This document shows, one piece after another, positions 47,048-55,938 of a stretch of DNA of 64,000 bases (position 1 is the first letter of the stretch; the number at the start of each line of letters is the position of its first letter). A program made the translations under genes and the position numbers. Source of the stretch: Candidatus Bathyarchaeia archaeon (GTDB taxonomy: Archaea; Thermoproteota; Bathyarchaeia; Bathyarchaeales; Bathycorpusculaceae); the NCBI GenBank assembly GCA_038882955.1, contig JAVZNC010000002.1, positions 96,001 to 160,000 of the forward strand. Reading direction: 5' to 3'. The notes beneath the pieces were generated by a model, which made no database searches, was not told where the DNA came from, and was given only the letters and a program-made list of their open reading frames with translations.

Positions 47048-47061
47048 AACGGTGAAGGGTC

Positions 47062-47850
47062 ATGGTTAAGAAGACAGCGAAAGTTTTCAACCTTCAAGGC
47101 AAGCCTGTTGGAAAAATAGCGCTTCCACCAGTCTTCGAAACGCCGATAAGACCAGACGTCATTAAACGTGCTGTCCTCGCGATACAATCAGCGCGAATTC
47201 AGCCTCAAGGCAGAAACTCAATGGCAGGCAAGCGAACCTCTGCAGAATCAAGAGGTGTTGGACTGGGAATCGCCCGCATTCCACGTACAAAGGAACCTGG
47301 AGGCAGGGCTGCTTTTGCTCCTGGAACGGTAGGCGGTAGAGCTGCGCATCCGCCAACTTCCGAAAAGAAGATTGTTAAAAGGATTCCAAAGAAGGAAAAG
47401 CGTTTGGCTTTGTTCTCTGCGATAGCCGCCACTGGATATAAGGAAATTGTAGCTTCTAGAGGACACGCGGTTGAGGGCGTTCCATCGATTCCACTTGTGG
47501 TTACCGACGATTTAGCGAAGTTGAAAAGGACAAAGGAAGTTGAAGAAGCCCTAATAAGTCTCGGACTTTTATCCGACATTTATCGTATCCGAGAAAGTCG
47601 CAAGGTTCGAGCAGGCAAAGGTAAAAGAAGAGGTCGAAAAATAAGGCGGGCTGTTGGACCACTAATTGTTGTGGCGGAAAATGATGGCGTTGTAAAGGCG
47701 GCTGAAAACATTCCAGGCTTGGACGTTGTTGCTGTTAAGGACTTGAACGCTGAGGTTCTTGCTCCAGGTGCGCATCCGGGTAGGCTTACGGTGTGGACTG
47801 TTGGCGCTATTAAAAAATTGGGTGAACTTTACGGAGAGGAGGCAGCCTAA
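47062..47850 (+). CDS. rpl4: 50S ribosomal protein L4
   Basis: RPDVIKRA, SAES.G.G.GIARIPR, VRAGKGK and LAPG.HPGRL. Confidence 0.98.
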   Translation: MVKKTAKVFNLQGKPVGKIALPPVFETPIRPDVIKRAVLAIQSARIQPQGRNSMAGKRTSAESRGVGLGIARIPRTKEPGGRAAFAPGTVGGRAAHPPTSEKKIVKRIPKKEKRLALFSAIAATGYKEIVASRGHAVEGVPSIPLVVTDDLAKLKRTKEVEEALISLGLLSDIYRIRESRKVRAGKGKRRGRKIRRAVGPLIVVAENDGVVKAAENIPGLDVVAVKDLNAEVLAPGAHPGRLTVWTVGAIKKLGELYGEEAA

Positions 47851-48110
47851 TGGACGCGCATGAGATTATTCTTTACCCCATGATGACTGAATCGGCAAGC
47901 ATGATGGTTGAAAAGGAAAACAAACTTGTCTTTATAGTTAATAAGAAAGCGGGAAAGGCTGACGTTAAAAGGGCTGTTGAAGAACTTTACGAGGTTAAGG
48001 TTGAAAGGGTAAACCTTCTCATAACGCCTCAAGGCGAAAAGAAAGCCTTTGTAAAGCTCCATCCCGATTATAAGGCTGCGGACGTAGCAATTAAGCTTGG
48101 AATACTATAA
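47850..48110 (+). CDS. rpl23: 50S ribosomal protein L23
   Basis: ENKLVFIV, KKAFVKL and A..VA.KLGI. Confidence 0.97.
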   Translation: MDAHEIILYPMMTESASMMVEKENKLVFIVNKKAGKADVKRAVEELYEVKVERVNLLITPQGEKKAFVKLHPDYKAADVAIKLGIL

Positions 48111-48130
48111 AATAAAATGAGGCGACTGAT

Positions 48131-48880
48131 GTGGGAAAAAGAATTCGTGTTCAAAGGCGTGGGCGTGGCGGACGCCCATATAAATCTTCAACTCACAAGA
48201 GAGTTGCTCCAGCACAGTATCCCATAACAATAACAAAACAGGAGTATGCTGAAGCAGCCATAAACGGGGTTATCGAAGAATTTGTCCATGACCCAGGACG
48301 CGGTTCTCCACTAGCCTTTTTAAGGTTTGAAAATGGCACCACATGCTATACTGTGGTTCCAGAAGGAACCTATGTTGGACAGCGAATACAGATGGGCGGA
48401 AAGGCTTCTGTTGAAGTTGGCAACATCCTTCCAGTTGGAAAAGTTCCAGAAGGCACTATGATTTGTAATATTGAACTGCGACCAGGTGACGGTGGAAAAA
48501 TTGCGAAATCTTCTGGAACGTATGCAATTGTAGTTTCGCATACGCCTAGAGGAACCATAATTAGGCTTCCTTCTGGCAGAACAAAATACGTGCCAGACGA
48601 TTGTAGAGCAACCATAGGAGTTGTTGCTGGCGCTGGGAGAACAGAAAAGCCATTCCTTAAGGCTGGTGCAAAGTTTCATCTAATGAAGGCTAAGGGACAC
48701 AAGTATCCGCGGACTCGCGGACGCGCGATGGTTGCGGCGGTACACCCATATGGAAGCAGCAAGAGAAGCGCTCGTAAGGTCACTACTACTTCACATGGCG
48801 CTCCTCCTGGGCAGAAGGTTGGCTTAATTGCAGCGCGAGGTGCTGGTCGAAGAAGGAAGAGGGTGTCTAAAGAAGAATGA
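48131..48880 (+). CDS. rpl2: 50S ribosomal protein L2
   Basis: MGKRIRVQRRG, HDPGRG, RLPSG and PPGQKVGLIAAR. Confidence 0.97.
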   Translation: MGKRIRVQRRGRGGRPYKSSTHKRVAPAQYPITITKQEYAEAAINGVIEEFVHDPGRGSPLAFLRFENGTTCYTVVPEGTYVGQRIQMGGKASVEVGNILPVGKVPEGTMICNIELRPGDGGKIAKSSGTYAIVVSHTPRGTIIRLPSGRTKYVPDDCRATIGVVAGAGRTEKPFLKAGAKFHLMKAKGHKYPRTRGRAMVAAVHPYGSSKRSARKVTTTSHGAPPGQKVGLIAARGAGRRRKRVSKEE

Positions 48881-48931
48881 GCAGAAAGTTTATAGGCGTT
48901 AGGTGTTATCGCATCTGGTAGGCTGAATTGA

Positions 48932-49336
48932 ATGCCGCGTGAATTTAGATATCGTGGATATACGCTTAATCAGCTGCAAAGCATGTCAATGGACGAGTTC
49001 ATTAGCTTACTTCCTGCGAGACCGCGGAGAACTCTTCAACGTGGACTTAAACCTCAACAGCGAGTTCTTCTCGAAAACATAAGAAGAGCAAAGGAAGCCC
49101 TTAGACAAGGAAGCACCGTAACTGTAAAAACGCATGTCCGTGACATGATTATTCTGCCTGAAATGGTTGGCGTAACAATCCACGTGCATAATGGCAAAGA
49201 GTTCATTCCAGTTGAAATAAAGCCGGAAATGATTGGACATTACCTGGGTGAATTTGCCATTACCAACAAGCCAGTAAAGCACGGTACGCCGGGCATTGGC
49301 GCATCCCGCTCTTCAATGTATGTGCCATTAAAATAG
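48932..49336 (+). CDS. rps19: 30S ribosomal protein S19
   Basis: [28 protein letters not shown] and SSMYVPLK. Confidence 0.98.
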   Translation: MPREFRYRGYTLNQLQSMSMDEFISLLPARPRRTLQRGLKPQQRVLLENIRRAKEALRQGSTVTVKTHVRDMIILPEMVGVTIHVHNGKEFIPVEIKPEMIGHYLGEFAITNKPVKHGTPGIGASRSSMYVPLK

Positions 49337-49344
49337 CGTTTTGG

Positions 49345-49773
49345 CTATGCGGTGTATTCTCTTCCAGAAGGCTTCTTTTCCACTTGCGTTTTCATTTCTG
49401 GAATTTGCGGTAATGGTATGGGCGGAGGAATGTTTATTGTTCGCGAAACTATGACGGCTTCTACTAATGCGACATTAGAGATTGATTGTATAACAACTGG
49501 TGGCGGAGGCTTCTTCTCCTCGTAATCCCTGTAAATCTTTTCAATCTCGCCTTCATCCCCGACAACGTAGGCTTTTCCTTTTAGGGTTATCTGGGCTATG
49601 GAAGGGTTAAAATTGATTGATAGGATGAATGGAACCTCCAAAGAGTCATCAGCCTTCTTTTCGAAACCCACAACGTTTATGTTTGTGTTAATTTGAACTG
49701 GCGGGATTGGCTTCTTAATGTCCAAGAAACGTTCAGCAGAAATGTTAGTTATTATGACGTTAACTCTAATCAT
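49345..49773 (-). CDS. conserved archaeal hypothetical protein
   Basis: beta-rich N-terminus and C-terminal IPPPIPLP. Last gene of the rps6e...rps27ae operon. Confidence 0.8.
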   Translation of the reverse strand: MIRVNVIITNISAERFLDIKKPIPPVQINTNINVVGFEKKADDSLEVPFILSINFNPSIAQITLKGKAYVVGDEGEIEKIYRDYEEKKPPPPVVIQSISNVALVEAVIVSRTINIPPPIPLPQIPEMKTQVEKKPSGREYTA

Positions 49774-49810
49774 CAGCCCTCATCAGACTAACTTCAATGT
49801 GTCGCACAAT

Positions 49811-50050
49811 TTAAAGGTGTTCATTTTCCCGCGGCTTATACCTAGTGAAACCACAGCGTCCACACGTGAACCTGTCGCCGTGGTCAGCCATAAAATATCC
49901 TGGACCGCACCTTTCGCATGTTGGGCGTAACCTAACAACTTTGTCTTTATCGATTTTGTATAGAGAAAATAATCCTTTCCTCTTCTTTTTCTCCGTTTTC
50001 TGGGCTTTTCCTGCTTTCTCCTCTTTTGCGGTTTCCTCGCTCTTTGACAT
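49811..50050 (-). CDS. rps27ae: 30S ribosomal protein S27ae
   Basis: CERCGPGYFMADH.DR..CGRC. Confidence 0.96.
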   Translation of the reverse strand: MSKSEETAKEEKAGKAQKTEKKKRKGLFSLYKIDKDKVVRLRPTCERCGPGYFMADHGDRFTCGRCGFTRYKPRENEHL

Positions 50051-50053
50051 ATT

Positions 50054-50362
50054 TTACTCCTTTCCTCCTTCCTTATTTTCTTGGGGAACATTCCTGTTGA
50101 CTACGTATTCTGGCTCGATGAGTTTTGCCTGCTCAAGCGAATCATAAACGTTTGCGAATCCCGTGGCTATTTGAGTGCCGGTTTTTGTTCCGATTTTCTT
50201 TATGAAAACAAGTTCAATGTTAGTCTTTAATGCATCAGCAACGGCTTTTCTAACCTCTGACCTCGGGGGTGTGCTGCCGGTTTGATTATGTTTTATTTGG
50301 AAGTAGACTTCTCTTCGCCTCAAGAGTGGATTTTTTTTCTCTGAAACTATTGTTATTTCCAT
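50054..50362 (-). CDS. rps24e: 30S ribosomal protein S24e
   Basis: NPLLRRRE, TPPR and ANVYDS..IEP.Y...RN. Confidence 0.95.
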   Translation of the reverse strand: MEITIVSEKKNPLLRRREVYFQIKHNQTGSTPPRSEVRKAVADALKTNIELVFIKKIGTKTGTQIATGFANVYDSLEQAKLIEPEYVVNRNVPQENKEGGKE

Positions 50363-50403
50363 GTTGTATCCCGTTTTAATGTTGAGTTGAATGTGCTGCC
50401 TCA

Positions 50404-50937
50404 TTATTTAGCTTTTCGAGCGGTTTCCATGACTTTTAAAATTTCTTCAATCTCTTTCCTTTTCTCTCGAGTGACCTTAATTAGAACTGCCCCTTGGTGT
50501 GGCTGTCCGTAAATTACAAACGAGTTTTCTGGTGCATAAAGAACTGCTATAAGCGTAAGCAAATCTTCTTCTCCATCAACAAGAATCTTAACGTTAACAT
50601 CATAATTCAACGCTTCTTTTATAGCCTTTATTGCCTCCTCGGTTATTGTTCCCGCGGGGTTCACAGTGCGTATTTCCCTTTCCACCGGCACATTTATTGG
50701 TTGAGTTTTCCTTCGCATCACTTTGCTGTCAACTATTGCGAGTTTTGGGAGAACGCCGTTTTCCACAAGGTTCTTTGAGACGGTGTCGCCAACCGATATT
50801 ATTGCTGGCGGCTTTTCACGTTCAATCATACTTTTTACTCTAGTCATTGTCTCGTTAAATGAACCTTGAATTAATATTCCAAGCGGCTTTTTCAGCTTTA
50901 TGCGCAACTCTGGAGTTAAAATGTATGCAAAAGCCAA
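50404..50937 (-). CDS. GTP-dependent dephospho-CoA kinase (DUF359)
   Basis: VGD.VS, NPAGTIT, VDGEEDLL and YGQP..G, in its conserved position after spt4. Confidence 0.92.
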   Translation of the reverse strand: MAFAYILTPELRIKLKKPLGILIQGSFNETMTRVKSMIEREKPPAIISVGDTVSKNLVENGVLPKLAIVDSKVMRRKTQPINVPVEREIRTVNPAGTITEEAIKAIKEALNYDVNVKILVDGEEDLLTLIAVLYAPENSFVIYGQPHQGAVLIKVTREKRKEIEEILKVMETARKAK

Positions 50938-50939
50938 GT

Positions 50940-51125
50940 TTATCTAACCTTTAAAGCGTAGCGACCCTTCTCATTTATATTCATGGCTTTTGCTATTGCC
51001 GAGCCTTGCGGGTCAAAAATTATCACCAAACCGCTGAAATCGTCGCTTAGAGATGAGCTTTTACATTTTGGACATGTGTTCTCCTTTGTTATGAAGTGGC
51101 ATGTCGTGCATGCTTTTTCACTCAT
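50940..51125 (-). CDS. spt4: transcription elongation factor Spt4 (RpoE'')
   Basis: ACTTC...CPKC, S.IAK.M.I and G.YALKV. Confidence 0.96.
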   Translation of the reverse strand: MSEKACTTCHFITKENTCPKCKSSSLSDDFSGLVIIFDPQGSAIAKAMNINEKGRYALKVR

Positions 51126-51135
51126 TCAAACACCT

Positions 51136-51732
51136 CTACTTTTTGGTTGCTTCCGCTTGCTCAGTCTTTTTTGCTGCCCCTTCCTTTATTTTCTGCACAT
51201 CTTGTTCAATCCATTCCAGCTTTCCCAAAAATGGCTGCCTAGCAGTTACTCCTATTTTGCCAGAGCTTCCAACTCTGCCGAGGGAAACAGCCGTTATCCT
51301 AACGCGTACTGGGTCGCCGCTCATGAGCTTCCTTCTCGTTTCCTTTCCTTGTAAAACTCCTTGTTTTTCATCGTATGATATGAAGTCGTCCATTAACTGT
51401 GAAACATGAAGCAAGGCGTCTACTGGTCCTATGCGCACAAATGCTCCGAAATCGGCGATTTCTACAACCTCGCCTTCCACGACTTCTTGGATTTGCGGAA
51501 AGAACGTCAATAACGAGAACGTTACTTTATGATAGGTTGCCCCATCACCTGGAATTATTTTCCCAGTTGGACTTACGTTTACTTCTGTAACGGCTATAAC
51601 ATAGCCTAATTCCTCGTCGACAACTCCCTCATACTTCGCCTTAACCTGCTGGCGTCCCACAACGTCAAGGGGGTTTCCAAACGTTTCTGGTGGAATACGA
51701 ATTGTATCTTCCAAGGTGATGAGTTTAAACAA
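51136..51732 (-). CDS. rpoE1: RNA polymerase subunit E' (Rpo7)
   Basis: IRIPP..F, GDGATY, FGAFVRIGPVDALLHVSQ and RQPFLGKLEW. Confidence 0.97.
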   Translation of the reverse strand: MFKLITLEDTIRIPPETFGNPLDVVGRQQVKAKYEGVVDEELGYVIAVTEVNVSPTGKIIPGDGATYHKVTFSLLTFFPQIQEVVEGEVVEIADFGAFVRIGPVDALLHVSQLMDDFISYDEKQGVLQGKETRRKLMSGDPVRVRITAVSLGRVGSSGKIGVTARQPFLGKLEWIEQDVQKIKEGAAKKTEQAEATKK

Positions 51733-51735
51733 GGG

Positions 51736-52161
51736 TTATATCCTCCCATCAATTTCTAAGCGTGACTTTTGTCTCACATAAATAACTGGCACACTTATAT
51801 CTCTTAACCTCCTTCTCAACATTCTATCATTCGTGAATACTGGAGTTTTCCATTTGCCGGCAAATCCGACTATGGCATCGTCTGGAGAAGCAAAATTCTC
51901 GCTTGTCTCAATTAATCTGCATTTTTCAGCTAGCTGTAATGCATAAGCCGCTTTTTTACGCATGCTCGGCGCGCCGTGTTCTGTAAGCTTTTCAAGTTCT
52001 TGTCGAACGCTTGAGAGTAAGATTGGCTCAATGTTTGCTTTTAAGAGGCTTCTCAACTCTTCGAAGATATCGATTTTAAATTGAAGAGGCACAAATAGCG
52101 CATTTGAATCTAAAATAACTTTCACCTTCGCTTTTTCCAGCCTATTTTTTTCTTCTGCCAT
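51736..52161 (-). CDS. PIN-domain protein (Fcf1/Utp24-like)
   Basis: ILDSNAL, ELEKL, DDAI and TND..LRRRL. TAATG coupling to the eIF2g stop. Confidence 0.9.
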   Translation of the reverse strand: MAEEKNRLEKAKVKVILDSNALFVPLQFKIDIFEELRSLLKANIEPILLSSVRQELEKLTEHGAPSMRKKAAYALQLAEKCRLIETSENFASPDDAIVGFAGKWKTPVFTNDRMLRRRLRDISVPVIYVRQKSRLEIDGRI

Positions 52162-53411
52162 TAACGCATCGTTCCGTACCCTATTAATCTCCATCTTCCC
52201 GCCATTTTCCTGCTTATTGCAACTCTTGACTCTGGTTGTGCACAAACTGGTCTTGCGAGTTTTAGGGTAACTAAGCCCCTTTTTACAGCGGAGACTTTTC
52301 CAACGGTTACGGCAGCGCCTACATGCAAGAGCAAGGTTTCGTTTAAGCTTATTTCTTCAACCTTCATCAGATCCTTGGTTCCAACAGCCCTTTCGAGGAT
52401 ATGTGTCTCTAATGTTAACTCCGACATCGTTGGCGGAAGCGTGTCGGACTTGCCAACCATGTTACCCGTCAATCCGTCGGCTTTAGAAAATGATGGATCC
52501 AGTAATGTTCCAACGCCGACAAGTCCACCGCAACGGGCTTCATTCACATTTCTTCCGCCGGCATGCAAACTGACAATTTCGCTTAACAGAGAATGGTAAG
52601 CGCTTTTTCCCTCTTTTTCAAGCGCTATTCCAGGTCTTATTTCTATTTCATCTCCAACCTTAAACTTGCCTTGCAAAATTGTTCCTCCAATAACGCCGCC
52701 CTCCAACTTTTCTATGGGTGTGCCAGGCTTGTTTACGTCGAAGGAGCGGACAACATACATTAAGGGGGGCTTTGTTTCGTCTCTTTTCGGTGTTGGTATG
52801 AATTCTTCCATGGCTTGCATGAGAACGTCGATGTTTACTTTTCGCTGGGCTGAAACAGGAATTATTGGAGCATCTTCGGCGATTGTTCCCTTAACAAAGT
52901 TTTTTATCTCCTGATAGCTTTCGCGTGCTCTTTTCTCGTCGACGATGTCTATCTTGTTCTGCACAATTATGATATTTTTCACACCTACAATTTCAGCCGC
53001 CGCTAAATGCTCCCTAGTCTGTGGTTGTGGACAAGGCTCATCCGCCGCTATTACGAGTAGAGCCCCATCCATTATTGCTGCTCCAGAAAGCATTGTTGCC
53101 ATAAGCGCTTCATGCCCGGGAGCATCCACAAAACTGACTGCCCGTATGAAAGTTGTTTTTGACCCGCAGTTTGGACATGTTGTCTGCGTCGTATAGTTTT
53201 TTGGCGGTTCGCATTGTGGACACTTGTATATGGGCATGTCTGCATATCCGAGCTTTATTGTTATACCCCTCTTAAGTTCTTCACTGTGCTTTGAAGCCCA
53301 AACTCCAGTTAATGCTTGTACAAGCGTTGTTTTACCATGGTCAACATGCCCCATGGTACCTATGTTGATCTCGGGCTGTTTTGGTAAACTTGCTTGTTTT
53401 TCTTTGCTCAT
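52161..53411 (-). CDS. eif2g: translation initiation factor aIF2 gamma
   Basis: GHVDHGKT, RGITIKLGY, DAPGHE, PQPQTREH, NKID and WRLIGYG. Confidence 0.98.
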   Translation of the reverse strand: MSKEKQASLPKQPEINIGTMGHVDHGKTTLVQALTGVWASKHSEELKRGITIKLGYADMPIYKCPQCEPPKNYTTQTTCPNCGSKTTFIRAVSFVDAPGHEALMATMLSGAAIMDGALLVIAADEPCPQPQTREHLAAAEIVGVKNIIIVQNKIDIVDEKRARESYQEIKNFVKGTIAEDAPIIPVSAQRKVNIDVLMQAMEEFIPTPKRDETKPPLMYVVRSFDVNKPGTPIEKLEGGVIGGTILQGKFKVGDEIEIRPGIALEKEGKSAYHSLLSEIVSLHAGGRNVNEARCGGLVGVGTLLDPSFSKADGLTGNMVGKSDTLPPTMSELTLETHILERAVGTKDLMKVEEISLNETLLLHVGAAVTVGKVSAVKRGLVTLKLARPVCAQPESRVAISRKMAGRWRLIGYGTMR

Positions 53412-53481
53412 CTGTCCATTTCCCGTAAATTTTACAAACTATTGAAAGTTAACCATGCGTATTAATAAATGTTAATTGACC

Positions 53482-53925
53482 TTAAGGATTGGCAGTTTCC
53501 GCTTTCCGCGTTTTAGTTTCTTTCTTCTCGCGCTTTTTCTTTGCTTTGACCTCTTCGCCCTTCTCTTCCTCTTCTTTTGGAGGTGTCACTATTTTCATGT
53601 TCACCTGCAAAATCTCATCTGTTATAACGTTTCCACGCACGGTTTTTCTCCTTCTCTCTCCTTCTTGTTTAGGGTTAAAACCAATTCCCCCGCTTAAAAT
53701 AACTTGTCGGCGTACTCCACCATGAACGTTTGGCCTCATCGGAAATCCATCCTTGTCTGAACCTCCAGTAATTTGCACCTTCTTTCCTGGCAAGTCCACT
53801 ATAGAACCGTCCACTATTTCCCCTATTTTCCTTCCAATTAACGGGGCTGCTCGGGCTTCTTCAAGTTCAACAACTTTTGATTTTCCAGATTCCGGGTCGG
53901 ATACGATTACTTTGAATTTTGCCAT
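53482..53925 (-). CDS. rps6e: 30S ribosomal protein S6e
   Basis: ITGGSDKDGFPM and GERRRKTVRG. Confidence 0.97.
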   Translation of the reverse strand: MAKFKVIVSDPESGKSKVVELEEARAAPLIGRKIGEIVDGSIVDLPGKKVQITGGSDKDGFPMRPNVHGGVRRQVILSGGIGFNPKQEGERRRKTVRGNVITDEILQVNMKIVTPPKEEEEKGEEVKAKKKREKKETKTRKAETANP

Positions 53926-54047
53926 GCGGTTTTTCTCTCCGCGATTGTTATGAAAGTTGAAGGTCTTGCTTTTAAGGATTTACAAAAAGTTCTATGTGTT
54001 TGCTGATTTTCAGCCTTCTGTTACACTTCGCTTTCACCCAAATTCGC

Positions 54048-55505
54048 TTATTCCACGTGCACTCTGAATAGGTCTACGTCTTCGCGCATGGCTGGCGTTA
54101 ACTCGAGGAACTCTCTAACTGCACGCTTAATGTCTTTGGATTGCGTCACGTATCTCCCAACAATCACTATGTCCGCCCCTTTTTCCAAAGCTTCTCTAGC
54201 TGTTTCAGGGACAATTCCTCCAGCAACCGCAATTAAAAAGCGTTTATCACCGAAAGTCTGCCGCAATTCTTGAATAAGTTCTAAGCCTATTGTCCTTCCG
54301 CTTTCTTGGTCGATTCCTCTGTGCAGAATGATTACGTCTGGGAACTCTTTAAGCTGTTTAAGTTTCTTTACAGGGTCTTCAACATTCAACATGTCAACGA
54401 ATGCGTATATTCCAAGTCTTTTTGCTTCATGTATGAAGGCATCCAAAGTTTCAACTGGTGCAAGTCCAGCAGCAATTACGGCATCTGCAGTTTCATCATA
54501 GGCTAAGTCAACCTCGACTTTTCCGACGTCTAAAGTCTTCAAATCTGCAATAATAAACACGTCTTTAGCAGTTTCCCGCAAATCACTTATCACTTTTGTA
54601 CCATACCTTTTGATTAACGGAGTCCCAGCCTCAAGTATTATCCTGTCGCTTCGGGGGATCTGAGCCAAAATCCTCTTTGTCCTATCCAAATCAGGTATAT
54701 CAAGTGAAACTTGCACATATGGCGGCCTCCATAGGCGCGGTACTTGGAAACCCATTATGGGATGTTTAGCCCTATCCTTATCATAGAAAAGCTTATCCAA
54801 CGATGGATACTTTGCCAATGCCCTTTTTAACGCAAGCTTTGTTGCACCATAATTATAATGGTACAGCTTACGATAGTCACTTGCTTGCGGATGCACAAAA
54901 GCGCTACAAACAATAACCCAATCATCAATCTTATCCTTAGGAATTAAGCCCTCCTCAACAGCGTCAGCAACAGCCTTCGCCACAGCAAATTGCACGGGAC
55001 CAAAAATCTTGTTTGCATCCTCAAGATTTTTAACAGTAACTTTAGGAACAAGCAGAGTATGCGGCTTAGGCGGAAGGTTAGGCCTTATCACAGCCAAAAG
55101 CGGAGTATGACCCTGCGAAAGATTTGATAAACCAGCAGCAAAAGCCTCGCCAACAGGGCCGTCTTTGTCTCCTATTAAGAGGTCAATGTGCGCCACTTCG
55201 TTGCCTTCCCCCACTAATGCCTCACCAATCAGATATGCATATTTCTTCGGAAACTCAATGGACTCCGACAACAAATTTGTCGACTCTTCCTGCACAACAG
55301 CATCAAAATCGACATTAAACTCCTTAAGCCAAGAATACAACGTGTCTCGGTGAATGTTTAAAATCTTCGCAGTTCCAGAAACTGTAGGCTTTGTCGGCCT
55401 TCCCGCTAAAAGGCTACGCATCTTGACCTCTTTTTTCACAGCGTCTTTGAGAATTTGAATAAATTCTTCCTTTGATCCAGGTTTTCTAACGTCGCGTTCC
55501 GACAT
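54048..55505 (-). CDS. fae-hps: bifunctional formaldehyde-activating enzyme / 3-hexulose-6-phosphate synthase with extra N-terminal HTH domain
   Basis: Fae domain: GEALVGEGNEVAHIDLLIG, GHTPLLAVIRPN, NYGATKLA. HPS domain: EAGTPLIK, ADLKTLDVG, HRGID, AVAGG, IVGR. N-terminal TVSGTAKILNIHRDTLYSWL HTH. ATG 55505 follows GGTGGTGG. Confidence 0.93.
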   Translation of the reverse strand: MSERDVRKPGSKEEFIQILKDAVKKEVKMRSLLAGRPTKPTVSGTAKILNIHRDTLYSWLKEFNVDFDAVVQEESTNLLSESIEFPKKYAYLIGEALVGEGNEVAHIDLLIGDKDGPVGEAFAAGLSNLSQGHTPLLAVIRPNLPPKPHTLLVPKVTVKNLEDANKIFGPVQFAVAKAVADAVEEGLIPKDKIDDWVIVCSAFVHPQASDYRKLYHYNYGATKLALKRALAKYPSLDKLFYDKDRAKHPIMGFQVPRLWRPPYVQVSLDIPDLDRTKRILAQIPRSDRIILEAGTPLIKRYGTKVISDLRETAKDVFIIADLKTLDVGKVEVDLAYDETADAVIAAGLAPVETLDAFIHEAKRLGIYAFVDMLNVEDPVKKLKQLKEFPDVIILHRGIDQESGRTIGLELIQELRQTFGDKRFLIAVAGGIVPETAREALEKGADIVIVGRYVTQSKDIKRAVREFLELTPAMREDVDLFRVHVE

Positions 55506-55636
55506 TCTGCCACCACCGAATACTACCTCATTGCGTAGAGGTATATAAGATTGTCGGAGGGGCATCTTCGCTACAAGCAGATATCGACATTAAGCGAGCA
55601 CGCGCTCCTGCATTATCTTTTTGTTTTTATTTTCTG

Positions 55637-55654
55637 CCGACAACAAACTGTCGG
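55637..55654. promoter_or_regulatory. inverted repeat CCGACA-N6-TGTCGG, candidate operator
   Basis: Upstream of fae-hps. Half-sites recur at 55499, 55552 and 55584, and a near-copy lies at 55265-55283. Confidence 0.5.
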
Positions 55655-55734
55655 GTTTTTAAATTTGCATGATGCTCTTAAATTGGTAAGCCTAAAATAC
55701 TTTGGCGCAATTAAAGGCTAAATTCATATGAGGT

Positions 55735-55938
55735 ATGGCGATGCGGTGGTACGAGGTAGCATGTGTTCTAGCATTCTTTGTTGGTGTAGTTCTGTTTTTG
55801 TATGGGGCAAATTATTATGATGCTCTGGTGGGTTGGACTGGCGTGGCTTTAGTTGTCGGCTCATTTTTTGCCGGAATTTTACTTAAAGTCTATGAAGTTT
55901 TGAGTACTTCCCCTCCAAATATTGCAGATACGGCTTAA
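55735..55938 (+). CDS. small two-TM membrane protein
   Basis: Two hydrophobic helices separated by YGANYYDA..GW.G. The 3' end overlaps the convergent peptidase gene by 56 nt. Confidence 0.65.
   Translation: MAMRWYEVACVLAFFVGVVLFLYGANYYDALVGWTGVALVVGSFFAGILLKVYEVLSTSPPNIADTA

Noticed and set aside
49783-50091. 102-aa alternative-frame ORF over rps27ae
   Set aside because: The rps27ae frame carries the diagnostic zinc ribbon, and this frame is low-complexity Lys/Arg.
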